A stretch of DNA of 61,834 nucleotides from Candidatus Limiplasma sp. (GTDB taxonomy: Bacteria; Bacillota; Clostridia; Christensenellales; Aristaeellaceae): positions 1-61,834 of the forward strand of contig DAIOVG010000001.1 in NCBI GenBank assembly GCA_036759125.1. The letters run 5' to 3'. This document shows, piece by piece, positions 10,011 to 19,892 of this stretch (positions are counted from its first letter, which is position 1; each line of letters opens with the position of its first letter). The translations under genes were made by a program, and so were the position numbers. The notes beneath the pieces are model-generated. The model saw only the letters and a program-made list of their open reading frames with translations. It ran no database searches and had not been told where the DNA came from.

Positions 10011-10847
10011 ATGCATAATGCCTACCTGCTGATGCACCCCAACCGGAAGGATCAGATTGCGATTGCCAAGCAGATCGTTTCGGTTTTGCATGCGGCGGAT
10101 ATGACAGTTTCCACCGAACCCTGGCTGGAAGAGGCGATGGGAAGCGACGCGGTACTCGACCATGTCTCTGTTCCGGATTTTATCATCGCGGTCGGCGGTG
10201 ATGGAACGTTTCTGTCCGCCGTGCAGTCGGCGCTGAAGTGGGATGTTCCGCTGCTGGGTGTGAATACGGGTCATATCGGTTTCCTGATCGAGATCAGCCT
10301 GGAGCAGCTTCCTGAAATTTGCTGGCGGTTAAAAGCGGGAGACTATACCATCGAAAACAGGATGACCCTAGATGTGGAACGCAATGGCCAGACAGTGCAA
10401 ACCGCTCTGAATGACGTAGTGATCAGCCGGGCCGGGTATACAAGACTGATCACCGTCAAAGCATCGGTAGAGAACGAGCTCGTTGCCCAGTACAAGGCGG
10501 ACGGGCTGATCATCTCCACGCCGACCGGATCCACAGGGTACTCCTTGTCCGCTGGCGGGCCGATTGTGTTTCCGGGCGTGGACTGCATTCTTTTATCGCC
10601 GATCTGCCCGCACTCGCTGCAGCATAGGCCCGTGGTAGCCGCCGCTTCGCAGGTGATTACCGTGGAATTGGACTGTGAGCCCGAACAGCAGGTACAGCTT
10701 GATGTGGACGGCAGAATCGTATGTAAGCTGGATACCTGCGAGAAGATCATCGTAAAGCGGTCTCAAAAAACCGTCAAGCTTTTCAGCTTTGGAACACAAA
10801 GCTTTTTCCGCCGCATTCGTGACAAATTATCCGAGTGGAGCTGTTAA
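10011..10847 (+). CDS. nadK: NAD(+) kinase
   Basis: 278 aa with the GGDGT motif, the NDVVI region and STPTGSTGYSLSAGGPI. Confidence 0.92.
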   Translation: MHNAYLLMHPNRKDQIAIAKQIVSVLHAADMTVSTEPWLEEAMGSDAVLDHVSVPDFIIAVGGDGTFLSAVQSALKWDVPLLGVNTGHIGFLIEISLEQLPEICWRLKAGDYTIENRMTLDVERNGQTVQTALNDVVISRAGYTRLITVKASVENELVAQYKADGLIISTPTGSTGYSLSAGGPIVFPGVDCILLSPICPHSLQHRPVVAAASQVITVELDCEPEQQVQLDVDGRIVCKLDTCEKIIVKRSQKTVKLFSFGTQSFFRRIRDKLSEWSC

Positions 10848-10862
10848 ACAGGAGGGAATCGC

Positions 10863-11312
10863 ATGAAAGCAACCAGACAGAAGGCAATCCTCGAAATTAT
10901 CCGACAACAGGACATCAACACCCAGGAAGAGCTCGCTGAGGCGCTTAAGAAACTGAACTTCAACGTCACCCAGGCGACGGTTTCGCGGGATATCAAGGAG
11001 CTCCGGCTCTTGAAAACGCTATCCAGCGAGGGCGTATACCGCTATACGATGGTGGAAAATGTCGAGCATACGCTGGATGAGCGTTTTCGGAGAATATTCA
11101 GCGAATCGGTGCTGTCGGTATCGGCTGCCTATAATCAGGTTGTGATCCGGACCCTTTCGGGCAGCGCAAACGTAGCTGCGGAAATGCTGGACAGCCTTGG
11201 CTGGCCAGAGGTGATCGGCACGCTCGCGGGCGACAATACTGTGCTTCTGATTGTTCGCACCATTGATGAGGTCGCGGACATTCAAGCGAAAATCAACGAA
11301 ATGCTTCGTTAA
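10863..11312 (+). CDS. argR: Arginine repressor
   Basis: 149 aa with the winged-helix QEELAEALKKLNFNVTQATVSRDIKEL and the C-terminal GTLAGDNTVLLI motif. Confidence 0.92.
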   Translation: MKATRQKAILEIIRQQDINTQEELAEALKKLNFNVTQATVSRDIKELRLLKTLSSEGVYRYTMVENVEHTLDERFRRIFSESVLSVSAAYNQVVIRTLSGSANVAAEMLDSLGWPEVIGTLAGDNTVLLIVRTIDEVADIQAKINEMLR

Positions 11313-11339
11313 TCCCCATGGAAAAGGACGTGCTCAACA

Positions 11340-13052
11340 ATGCTCAAATCCATGACCGTACGAAACGTTGCGCTGATTGAAGAACTCAACGTGGATTTTC
11401 ACACCGGCCTGCACGTGCTCACAGGTGAGACCGGCGCCGGTAAATCCATCGTGGTGGATTCCATCAATCTGGTGCTGGGGGAGCGGGCTGACAGGGGTTT
11501 GATCCGCACCGGCTGCGACAAGGCGACGGTCGAGGCCATTTTTGATATTGCAGACAATCCAACCATCCATGATCTGCTCAAAGAGGAATCGCTGGAGCCG
11601 GAGGGCGGGTTGATGCCCGTATACCGGGAGATCAGTACATCCGACCGCAACGTATGCCGTGTGTGCGGCGTGATTGTGCCGCTTGCGTTTCTGCGAAAGA
11701 TTACCGAAATTCTTGTGGATATTCACGGCCAGCATGAGCACCAGAGCCTGTTGAACGAGCAATATCATATGTCCTATCTGGATGCGTTTGGCGACGGTGC
11801 GCACCTGGCGCTTCATGATGATGTGAAACAGAAGTATGCAGCCTGGCACGATGCCGGTGCTAAGTTTAACGCTTTGCGCCGGGAGAATGCCCAGCGCGCG
11901 CAGCGGCAGGAGTTTCTGGAAACGCGCATTAAGGATTTGAAGGACGCCAAACCGGTTGTGGGCGAGAAAGAGAAGCTTGTCAATATTCGCCTGCGGTTTG
12001 CAGATCATGAAAAGATTGTCAATGCGCTCAATACCATCTATCAGAACCTAACGGCCAGCGAAGGAATAAAACTTGGTGTCAATGCGCTTTTGCGCGGCGC
12101 CGTAGAAGAAAGCCAGCGCACCGCTGAGTATGGCGAACGGCTGAAAGCGCTGGCCGATCGCCTGCAAAGCGTATACTACGAAACGGAAGAGATTGCACTG
12201 GATGTCCGCGCGATGGCGGATCAAGAGGATTTCGACGAAGAGAAGAACGAACAGGTATTGGCCCGGCTGGATGTATACCGCAGGCTTGAAAAGCGTTACG
12301 GTATGGAGGCCGATGAACTGAGCCAGTACTTTGAAGAGCTTTCACAGGAGCTCAAGGCCATCCAGTCGATGGAAGATACGCTCAAAAAAGCCGAAACGCT
12401 GTACAAACAAACACTGTCAGAATACCGCGGCGCGGCCGCCGCGCTGACGGCCTCACGCAAGGAGGTTGCGCAGCGCCTGCAAAACTTGATCGAAAGCCAG
12501 CTCGGCGATTTAGGAATGGAGCACACCGTTTTTCAATGTGTTTTTACTCCACACGATCCCAATGGCAGGCAGCAACCATCGCCTGATGGCGACGATCACA
12601 TTTCCTTTCACATTGCCCCCAACATCGGCGAACCGCTCAAGCCTCTCAAGCGCATTGCCTCCGGCGGTGAAATGTCGCGCATCATGCTGGCGATGAAAGC
12701 CGTAGCCGCAGACAAACGCCTGATTCCGACCATGATCTTTGACGAGATCGACACCGGTATCAGCGGTCGTGTAGCCGGCGTTGTAGCAGAAAAAATGGAT
12801 GATATCGCGCGATATCATCAAGTCATTTGTGTCTCCCATCTGCCGCAGATTGCGGCGATGGCGGATCATCAGTATTTGGTTGAAAAAAGAGTATCTCAGG
12901 GCCGCACGGTGACAACCCTGCGGCAGCTGAACGACGAACAGCGTGTAGATGCCGTGGCAAGCCTGATCGGCACACAGGATATGGGGGAAAACAGCGGGAA
13001 GCTTCATGCCAGAAATATGGTGGATGCCGCACGTAACCGGAAAAACCGATAA
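11340..13052 (+). CDS. recN: DNA repair protein RecN
   Basis: 570 aa with the N-terminal Walker A LTGETGAGKSI, a long coiled coil and the C-terminal ASGGEMSRIMLA signature plus FDEIDTGISG. Confidence 0.95.
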   Translation: MLKSMTVRNVALIEELNVDFHTGLHVLTGETGAGKSIVVDSINLVLGERADRGLIRTGCDKATVEAIFDIADNPTIHDLLKEESLEPEGGLMPVYREISTSDRNVCRVCGVIVPLAFLRKITEILVDIHGQHEHQSLLNEQYHMSYLDAFGDGAHLALHDDVKQKYAAWHDAGAKFNALRRENAQRAQRQEFLETRIKDLKDAKPVVGEKEKLVNIRLRFADHEKIVNALNTIYQNLTASEGIKLGVNALLRGAVEESQRTAEYGERLKALADRLQSVYYETEEIALDVRAMADQEDFDEEKNEQVLARLDVYRRLEKRYGMEADELSQYFEELSQELKAIQSMEDTLKKAETLYKQTLSEYRGAAAALTASRKEVAQRLQNLIESQLGDLGMEHTVFQCVFTPHDPNGRQQPSPDGDDHISFHIAPNIGEPLKPLKRIASGGEMSRIMLAMKAVAADKRLIPTMIFDEIDTGISGRVAGVVAEKMDDIARYHQVICVSHLPQIAAMADHQYLVEKRVSQGRTVTTLRQLNDEQRVDAVASLIGTQDMGENSGKLHARNMVDAARNRKNR

Positions 13053-13952
13053 TTATTCCCGGTCGGTGTACCCGAGAGTTTTCAAGTCGGCAGGCTGATT
13101 GCGCCAGTTGGGGCGCACCTTTACCCAAAGCTGCAGGTGGACATGGGTATTCAAGAGCTTTTCAATATCCTGCCGGGCCTCGCTGCCGATCTGGCGCAGC
13201 ATAGTACCCTGCCTGCCAATAATAATACCCTTATGCGAAGCACGTTCACAGTAGATGGTCGCGTTAATCTCGGTCAGCTTTTCCGATACCCGCTCCACGC
13301 CCAGCACTTCGATACCGATCCCGTGAGGCACTTCATCCTTGAGCAGGTGGAGTGCCTTTTCACGTATCATTTCCGCACAGATAAAGCGCTCCGGCTGATC
13401 GGTCAGCGCATCGTCCGGGAAATAGCGCGGGCCTTCCGGCAGCGCTTTCACCAGTACGCTTTTTAAAAGCTCGGTGCCGTCACCCGTCAGCGCGCTGATG
13501 GGCACGATTTCGTCATATGCAGCCTGTGAAAACGACTGTATCACACTGAGGAGCTTCGCTTTGGGAACCAGATCAATCTTATTGAGCACCAGGATTTTAT
13601 AGACGGGCTGCTTGCTCATCTCTTCAGCCAGCTTGTGCTCCATGTCGCCCGCTTTGGATGCATCCACAACCAGCACCAGCGCGTCAATGCCCTGCAGGGA
13701 ATCGCGCACGGTTTGCATCATGTATTCGCCAAGTCGGTTATGCGGCTGGTGAATGCCTGGCGTATCCAAAAACACGGCCTGATACTCCTTGCCGGTGATG
13801 ATGCCCATGATGCGGTTGCGTGTGGTCTGGGGCTTATCGGAAACGATGGCGAGCTTTTCGCCAAGCAAGCCGTTTAGCAGCGTGCTTTTCCCAACGTTCG
13901 GCCGGCCGATGATGGCAATAAAACCCGAACGGAATGTTGATTTTTGATCCAT
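13053..13952 (-). CDS. era: GTPase Era
   Basis: 299 aa with GRPNVGKST (G1), DTPG (G3), NKID (G4) and a C-terminal KH domain. Its stop codon abuts the recN stop. Confidence 0.95.
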   Translation of the reverse strand: MDQKSTFRSGFIAIIGRPNVGKSTLLNGLLGEKLAIVSDKPQTTRNRIMGIITGKEYQAVFLDTPGIHQPHNRLGEYMMQTVRDSLQGIDALVLVVDASKAGDMEHKLAEEMSKQPVYKILVLNKIDLVPKAKLLSVIQSFSQAAYDEIVPISALTGDGTELLKSVLVKALPEGPRYFPDDALTDQPERFICAEMIREKALHLLKDEVPHGIGIEVLGVERVSEKLTEINATIYCERASHKGIIIGRQGTMLRQIGSEARQDIEKLLNTHVHLQLWVKVRPNWRNQPADLKTLGYTDRE

Positions 13953-13963
13953 GCTAAGTCCTT

Positions 13964-14854
13964 TCAGGGCAAGTCTTTGGGGCCGAAACCATGGGGGAGC
14001 AGCCGATCGAGGGTCGACTCATCCGTTTTATCTTGGTCCCAGGCAATGAGAACGCGGATGTTGGGAGCGAACTCGTTCAACACCTGGCGACAGGCGCCGC
14101 AGGGCCAGGGGGGAGCGCTTTCAGCCGCAATCGCGATAGCGGAAAACTCCTTCACACCGTCGCCGACTGCTTTGAATATCGCGGACCGTTCGGCGCAATT
14201 CGTCAGCCCGAACGAAGCGTTTTCAATATTGGTTCCGGTGAACACGCGTCCGTCCTCGCTTAAAACACAGGCTCCGACTTTGAAATGGCTATAGGGGCTG
14301 TAAGAACGCCGCATGACTTCCTTCGCCAGCGCAATCAACTGATCGTCGGTCGACTTGGCGGGCTGATCACCGTCGCGTGTGATACCGGCCAGTTCCAGCG
14401 CCTTTTCTTCCATCGTTCTCATCTCCGTACGGTCCTGAGGTGTTATATGGTCATAGCCGAAGCAGTGAAATATCCCGTGCGCCAGCAGATAGCACAGCTC
14501 GCGATCCGCCGAATGGCCGTAGGCTTCCGCCTGTGCCAGCACATGATCCTGTGAGATGACAATATCTCCCAGGATATATGCCTGATCATCCGCTGAGTAT
14601 TCCTGTTTGATCAGCTTATACGCACCGGAAGCGGTGATGCCTGGCGGATAATTAACCGTAGGGAAGGACAGCACGTCGGTGGACTGGTCAATGCCGCGCT
14701 GATCACGATTGATGGCGCGGATTTCCTGGTCGTCCACCAGGGCCAGGGTTATGCCGCAGGGAAGCGTCAACCCCTCGGCGGCCGCGCAGCAATCTGCAAC
14801 CAGCTCCAGCGGAGCGGAAAACAGGTTACTTCCCTGGGTTCGGATCAGCTTCAT
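13964..14854 (-). CDS. ybeY: Fusion protein: rRNA maturation endoribonuclease YbeY (N-terminal) plus cytidine deaminase (C-terminal)
   Basis: A single uninterrupted ORF. The N-terminal half has the HGIFHCFGYDH zinc motif of YbeY. The C-terminal half has CAERSAIF and PCGACRQVL, the zinc motifs of homotetrameric Cdd. I chose the start at MKLIRTQG; the ORF continues upstream to 14950. Confidence 0.85.
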   Translation of the reverse strand: MKLIRTQGSNLFSAPLELVADCCAAAEGLTLPCGITLALVDDQEIRAINRDQRGIDQSTDVLSFPTVNYPPGITASGAYKLIKQEYSADDQAYILGDIVISQDHVLAQAEAYGHSADRELCYLLAHGIFHCFGYDHITPQDRTEMRTMEEKALELAGITRDGDQPAKSTDDQLIALAKEVMRRSYSPYSHFKVGACVLSEDGRVFTGTNIENASFGLTNCAERSAIFKAVGDGVKEFSAIAIAAESAPPWPCGACRQVLNEFAPNIRVLIAWDQDKTDESTLDRLLPHGFGPKDLP

Positions 14855-17216
14855 TGGCAGGCTCCTTCGGTTTGGGTGCTGCGGGCTTCTTCTTTTGTGT
14901 TGCGGCTTTTGGTTTGGCAGCAGCTTTCTTTGGCCTGGGTACGGAAGCATTTGGCTTACTTGCTGCCTGTGGTTTGCTGGCTTCTAGTACCGGGGGTTTT
15001 TCAACAGGCTGCACAGACACTGTTTCTTCCTTCGCTTTCTGGCGTTTTACAGGCGGATCGGGATATTCGATTCGCTCATGGAACACGCCGTTGAGCACCG
15101 TAGCAAAGGCTTCGGATATTTTGTCAATATCTGATAACGTGATCGGTGCCTGGCTCAGCTGCCCGTCGAGAATCTTGTTGGAAACAAGCTTTTCAATGTA
15201 GGCGCGGATGGTTTTGGGCGTCGGATCCGGCATGGAGCGCACGGCTGCCTCCACAGTATCGGCCAGCATGATAATAGCGCTTTCCTTGCTGTGGGGGCGC
15301 TGACCATCATAGCGGAAATCGTCGATATCCACCAATTGATCGTCGGACTCTTCCAACGCTTTCTGGTAAAAGAAGATCACAGGCGTATCGCCGTGATGCT
15401 CCACAATGATATCCTGAATTTCGTGGGGGAGCCGGTAGCTTTGCGCCAGCGCCAGACCATCGGTGGTATGCGCGATCAGAATGGCAGACGACACAAAGGG
15501 ATTGGTCATTTGGTGCGGGTCTTCGCCCAACTGGTTCTCCTTGAAATAGACCGGCCGCTTCATCTTGCCGATATCGTGGAAATACGCGCCGACTCTGGCA
15601 AGCAGCGGATTGGCGCCGATGGCCTCAGCCGCGCTTTCGGCGAGGTTGGCCACGATAATGGAATGGTGATAGGTTCCAGGTGCTTCCAGGAGCAGTCTGC
15701 GCAAAAGCGGATGGTTGGGGTTGGACAGCTCCAGCAGCTTGCCGGGCGTAGCCAGCTGGAACAGTGTTTCAAAGACCAAATCCAATCCGATACACAACAG
15801 AGACGCGACAATCGCGCCTGCGGCGCTCCACAAACCGCTGTTGAAGCCGTCTTTGATTGAGGTGTTGGTCATCAGGCTGACGGATAGTATGATCAGCATA
15901 TTGATCGCCGCAGCCACAACGCCCGCAATGAGAATCTGCTGGCGGTTGGGCCTGCGTTTGATCATCAGGATCACGATAAACCCGCTGATGAGTGCAGGAA
16001 GGATCAGGTTGATGATTTCTGTGGAGAAGGTGGAATCTCCGCCCAAAAGCAGGGAACTGACCAGAATGGACAGCGCAATGTTTCCGGCAAAGCCGTAAGC
16101 CATCCCCAGCAGGCTGGTGATGACCATTGCGCCAAGCAAAACAGGCGGTGCAGCGATGTTGATCATTTTCCCGCCGATGCAGATAGTAAAGGAGATAATC
16201 AGTACGATCATCATGATTGTCAGCTTCATGGGATTGACGAAATATTCCTTGCCAAACAGCCAAATCACAACCGCAAGAACGGCCATTGACAGCAGCACAA
16301 TCAGCACGCCGCCAACATACAGCACAAGGTCGAAATTCTCATCGTCCAGCAGCCCCAGGCTGCGCAGCAGCTCCAGCTGATCGGCTGTAATGCGTTCGTT
16401 GCCAAATACGATGTTCTGCCCCTGCTTATACACCACAGGTTCCACCGCTGCGCGAGCCTCTTGCCGCAGGGCCTCGGTCGCCTCCAGATCGATGACCATA
16501 TTGGGCAATATCACCTTGCGAAGAATCGGGGTGACAACATTTTGCAGAAGATCGATTTCGGTTTTGTAGCCGATGATCTGCTGCAAATACTGGATGGCCT
16601 CGTTGACGTAGCCTTCACGAACCGTGGAATTCATGGTGTTTTGCACGGCTGAGGATATGTTGTCGTTCATGGCCTGAATATCGTCGTCGGAAGCGCGCAA
16701 AAGCGTATCCAGCTGGTATGAAGCCAGCGATATCGAGGGGATGAGCGATTCGGCGTACTCCAGCTCCGCGGAGTTGAACACATAGGCGCGTTTGCCCTTT
16801 GCATCGCCTGGAGCCGCCTGCTCCAGTGTGCTGCTGCCATACTGTTGTACGGCGTTGACCTGCGTGAGAATCGTCGAAAGGTTTTGCAGCACGTCCGCCG
16901 CGACGCTATCCTTATGCAGGTAAATGGGCTCTACAAGGCGCGCGGCTTCTTCCTGCTGCCTTGCGGTAGCGGTTTCATCCACGACGTCCTTAGAGGCCGT
17001 GATGGTTTTGTTGGCAATATCGCCCACCTGTAAATGGTAGCGCTCCGGTGTGATGGCAATGGAAAATAAAACGATCAACACCAGAGCTGACGCCGCCAAA
17101 ATGTAGATACATTGCGCGGTTTTGGTTTTTAGAGCACTCCACAGATTCAGCAAAAATTTACCGATGGGTAGCTTTCGAAGCGATGAACCGGGCATGTTAA
17201 ACGCCATGGTCCGCAT
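14826..17216 (-). CDS. pgpH: PgpH-like 7TM-receptor protein with an HD (HDIG) domain (candidate c-di-AMP phosphodiesterase) and a Lys/Pro/Ala-rich C-terminal tail
   Basis: 796 aa with an extracellular N-domain, about 7 TM helices, then HHSIIVANLAE...YFHDIGK (HD domain). It follows the phoH-pgpH-ybeY-era synteny. The exact start is uncertain (17216, 17207 or 17195). Confidence 0.85.
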   Translation of the reverse strand: MRTMAFNMPGSSLRKLPIGKFLLNLWSALKTKTAQCIYILAASALVLIVLFSIAITPERYHLQVGDIANKTITASKDVVDETATARQQEEAARLVEPIYLHKDSVAADVLQNLSTILTQVNAVQQYGSSTLEQAAPGDAKGKRAYVFNSAELEYAESLIPSISLASYQLDTLLRASDDDIQAMNDNISSAVQNTMNSTVREGYVNEAIQYLQQIIGYKTEIDLLQNVVTPILRKVILPNMVIDLEATEALRQEARAAVEPVVYKQGQNIVFGNERITADQLELLRSLGLLDDENFDLVLYVGGVLIVLLSMAVLAVVIWLFGKEYFVNPMKLTIMMIVLIISFTICIGGKMINIAAPPVLLGAMVITSLLGMAYGFAGNIALSILVSSLLLGGDSTFSTEIINLILPALISGFIVILMIKRRPNRQQILIAGVVAAAINMLIILSVSLMTNTSIKDGFNSGLWSAAGAIVASLLCIGLDLVFETLFQLATPGKLLELSNPNHPLLRRLLLEAPGTYHHSIIVANLAESAAEAIGANPLLARVGAYFHDIGKMKRPVYFKENQLGEDPHQMTNPFVSSAILIAHTTDGLALAQSYRLPHEIQDIIVEHHGDTPVIFFYQKALEESDDQLVDIDDFRYDGQRPHSKESAIIMLADTVEAAVRSMPDPTPKTIRAYIEKLVSNKILDGQLSQAPITLSDIDKISEAFATVLNGVFHERIEYPDPPVKRQKAKEETVSVQPVEKPPVLEASKPQAASKPNASVPRPKKAAAKPKAATQKKKPAAPKPKEPANEADPNPGK

Positions 17217-18234
17217 TCCTCCTCAAAAGGGCCTCCTCGTGTTTTTCATAGGCCCTGACGATGGTCTGCACCATATCATGGCGCACGACGTCGGAGTGAT
17301 CGAGCTTGACCATACCGATCTCCTGGATATCCCTGAGTACGGTCATTGCCTGCAACAGTCCGGATTGCTTACCGATGGGAAGGTCGGTTTGGGTGACGTC
17401 GCCGGTGACAACCGTATGTGAGCCGGACCCCATGCGGGTTAAGAACATTTTCATCTGCTCGGGGGTGGTGTTCTGCGCTTCATCCAGAATGATGAAGCTA
17501 TCCGATAGCGTTCTTCCGCGCATATAAGCCAGCGGCGCAATCTCAAGCACTCCGCGCTCCTGCAAACGCTGGTAGGAGTCCCCGCCCATCATATCAAACA
17601 GCGCGTCGTACAACGGACGCAGATAGGGATCAACTTTCTGGTTCAGGTCGCCGGGTAGAAACCCCAGCTTTTCACCCGCTTCCACAGCGGGGCGGGTGAG
17701 CACAATGCGCTCGACCTGCTTATTGCGCAGCGCTACTATGGCAAGCGCCATGGCAAGGTAGGTTTTGCCCGTGCCCGCGGGACCGACAGCAAAGGTCAGC
17801 TCGTGTTCGCGGATTGCCTGGACATACTCATGCTGGCCGAGCGTCTTGCAGCGGATGGGCTTGCCGCGGTGGGTGATAGCGACGACCTCAAACGCGATAT
17901 CGTCGATGCGGTCCAGCTCGCCGCGCTTGGCGAGCGCCAGCGCGTAACGGAGGGTGATGCGATCCACCTGGGCGTTGCGGCGCAACAAATCACTCAGCTT
18001 TTCGACTACCTGAGAAGCCATGCCGACGCTTTCGTCAGAGCCAGTAATGCGCAGCTCCGAACCGCGAACGGAAAGGGTAACGCCCAGCTCCGTTTCAAAA
18101 AGCGGGATGTTCTTGTCGTTCGTGCCAAATAGCGACAGGCATGAGTCCATGCTCTCCAGGGAAATGACAGCCGGTGTTCCTTGTGCCAAAAGCATTCCTC
18201 CACAACTTATCCCAGTAACGTAATCATACCGCAA
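17197..18234 (-). CDS. phoH: PhoH family ATPase
   Basis: 345 aa with Walker A GPAGTGKTYLAMA, an IILDEAQN Walker B-like motif and an N-terminal KH-like region. The start is uncertain because the ORF begins with TTG right after the spoVK stop. Confidence 0.88.
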   Translation of the reverse strand: MRYDYVTGISCGGMLLAQGTPAVISLESMDSCLSLFGTNDKNIPLFETELGVTLSVRGSELRITGSDESVGMASQVVEKLSDLLRRNAQVDRITLRYALALAKRGELDRIDDIAFEVVAITHRGKPIRCKTLGQHEYVQAIREHELTFAVGPAGTGKTYLAMALAIVALRNKQVERIVLTRPAVEAGEKLGFLPGDLNQKVDPYLRPLYDALFDMMGGDSYQRLQERGVLEIAPLAYMRGRTLSDSFIILDEAQNTTPEQMKMFLTRMGSGSHTVVTGDVTQTDLPIGKQSGLLQAMTVLRDIQEIGMVKLDHSDVVRHDMVQTIVRAYEKHEEALLRRNADHGV

Positions 18235-18235
18235 A

Positions 18236-19303
18236 TCACTCGTTTGTCAATGCGGGGGCAGGTTTCTCGGCCTGCTTCTCTTCGCCGGCTGCAATGCGGA
18301 TATCGTCAGCCGTCAGCATCATCAGTTCATCCTTGGTGACGTCCTTTTTCTTTGCAAGGCGATTGGCCTGCGCGCTGACGGCGCGTTCAAACAGGTTGCG
18401 CACTCCGCGCGCGTTGCCGAAGTTCAGATTGTTCTGGGCAAACTTCTGCAAAAAACCTTCCAGCAACTTGTGGGTATCCTCATCCACGGTATAGCCGCTT
18501 TTCTTGCAGCGCATGTCGAAAATATCCAGCATTTCCTGGGCCGTGTAATCAGCAAAGAACAAAAAGCGGTTAAACCGGCTTTCCAGGCCGGGATTGGAAT
18601 TGATAAACCCGCGCATCAGGGCGGGATAGCCCGCGACGATGATCACCAGATCGTCCCGGTGGTCTTCCATCGCCTTTAAGAGCGTGTTCACAGCTTCCTG
18701 GCCGTAATCGTTCTCCGTATTCCCGGTTAGCGCATAGGCCTCGTCAATGAACAGTACGCCGCCCAACGCCTTTTGAACGACTTCAGATGTCTTGATGGCG
18801 GTCTGGCCCACGTAGCCGGCCACCAGCCCGCTGCGGTCGGTTTCGACCAAATGGCCCTTGGAAAGAATCCCAAGCACCTTGTAAATGCGCGACATCAGCC
18901 GCGCGATCATGGTTTTTCCCGTGCCGGGATTGCCGGAGAACACCAGGTGGAGCGATAAATCATCCACGGGCAGATCGTTCTTCTTGCGCAGTTCCTGGAT
19001 GCTTACAAGGTTGACCAGACTTTCCACTTCCTGCTTGACGATTTGCAGCCCGATATAGCTTTCCAGCTCTTTTTTCAGGTCTTCCATGGTTTCCTGCACC
19101 TCAGGCGCGGGGGCAGGTACTTCCTGTGACGGATTCGCATCCGCAACCGCCGGTTTACCGTCGCTTCGCTTCACAACGGGTTCACCGCCCGCCTGCAGCG
19201 TAGGCAGACCCCATAAATCGTCCGCAATGCGTTTTAAGTTGGATTCAGTCATCTGCTGGATGACGTCCATTTGAAGCTTGATAATCTCGTCTTTACGATC
19301 CAT
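18236..19303 (-). CDS. spoVK: AAA+ ATPase of the SpoVK/CbbX type
   Basis: Motifs: VFSGNPGTGKTMIARLM, GGVLFIDEAYAL and IVAGYPxLM. I chose the start at MDRKDEII because it has an aaggag RBS 8 nt upstream. Confidence 0.8.
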   Translation of the reverse strand: MDRKDEIIKLQMDVIQQMTESNLKRIADDLWGLPTLQAGGEPVVKRSDGKPAVADANPSQEVPAPAPEVQETMEDLKKELESYIGLQIVKQEVESLVNLVSIQELRKKNDLPVDDLSLHLVFSGNPGTGKTMIARLMSRIYKVLGILSKGHLVETDRSGLVAGYVGQTAIKTSEVVQKALGGVLFIDEAYALTGNTENDYGQEAVNTLLKAMEDHRDDLVIIVAGYPALMRGFINSNPGLESRFNRFLFFADYTAQEMLDIFDMRCKKSGYTVDEDTHKLLEGFLQKFAQNNLNFGNARGVRNLFERAVSAQANRLAKKKDVTKDELMMLTADDIRIAAGEEKQAEKPAPALTNE

Positions 19304-19389
19304 GAGGGCACTCCTTTTTACTCCGGTAGTATTCACAAATTATACCATGCTTTTGCCGTTTGGCAAACGAGAACATCGCATTCCGGCGG

Positions 19390-19418
19390 TTTCAAATGCC
19401 GTCCAATCATGCTATAAT
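19390..19418 (+). promoter_or_regulatory. Sigma-A-like promoter upstream of comEB
   Basis: TTTCAA, 17 nt, then TATAAT with an extended TGc, lying 22 nt upstream of the ATG region. Confidence 0.5.
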
Positions 19419-19439
19419 CAAACCAAAAGAGGTGACGAT

Positions 19440-19892
19440 ATGAACAAATGGGATCAACGGTTTATGGAAATGGCGCGGCTGATCGCGGGCTGGTCGAGTT
19501 GCTATCGCAAGGGGCGTTCGATTGGCGCTGTCATTGTGAAAGACAAACGAATCATGACAACGGGTTACAATGGAGCCCCTGCAGGGATTAAAACCTGCCG
19601 CGAGCGCGGCGAATGCCTGCGCGACAAGCTTAACATCCCGTCCGGCACGCACGCCGAGACCTGCTACGCTATTCACGCCGAGCAAAACGCCATCATTCAG
19701 GCGGCCAAGCTGGGCATTTCGGTGGATGGCGCAACGCTGTACTGCACGCACCAGCCCTGTTCGGTATGCGCCAAGATGATCGTCAACGTCGGCATCAAAC
19801 GCGTGATTTACGAGCACAGCTATCCCGATCCGTTTACGCTGGAGCTTTTTAATGAAGCGGATGTCAAAATGGAGCCGTATACAGAAGATTGA
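19440..19892 (+). CDS. comEB: dCMP deaminase (ComEB-type)
   Basis: 150 aa with the HAEQNAI and PCSVCAKMI zinc motifs of cytidine/deoxycytidylate deaminases. An aagaggtg RBS precedes it. Confidence 0.88.
   Translation: MNKWDQRFMEMARLIAGWSSCYRKGRSIGAVIVKDKRIMTTGYNGAPAGIKTCRERGECLRDKLNIPSGTHAETCYAIHAEQNAIIQAAKLGISVDGATLYCTHQPCSVCAKMIVNVGIKRVIYEHSYPDPFTLELFNEADVKMEPYTED

Noticed and set aside
13047-13058. recN and era stop codons directly abutting (also comEB and its neighbour at 19890-19895) as possible antisense-regulation sites
   Set aside because: This probably just reflects genome compaction. The sequence alone offers no evidence for function.
14826-15000. Lys/Pro/Ala-rich C-terminal tail of PgpH overlapped by the extended ybeY ORF, as a possible dual-coding region
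   Set aside because: The ybeY start at 14854 removes most of the overlap. The tail is low-complexity, and the upstream extension of ybeY has no homology support.
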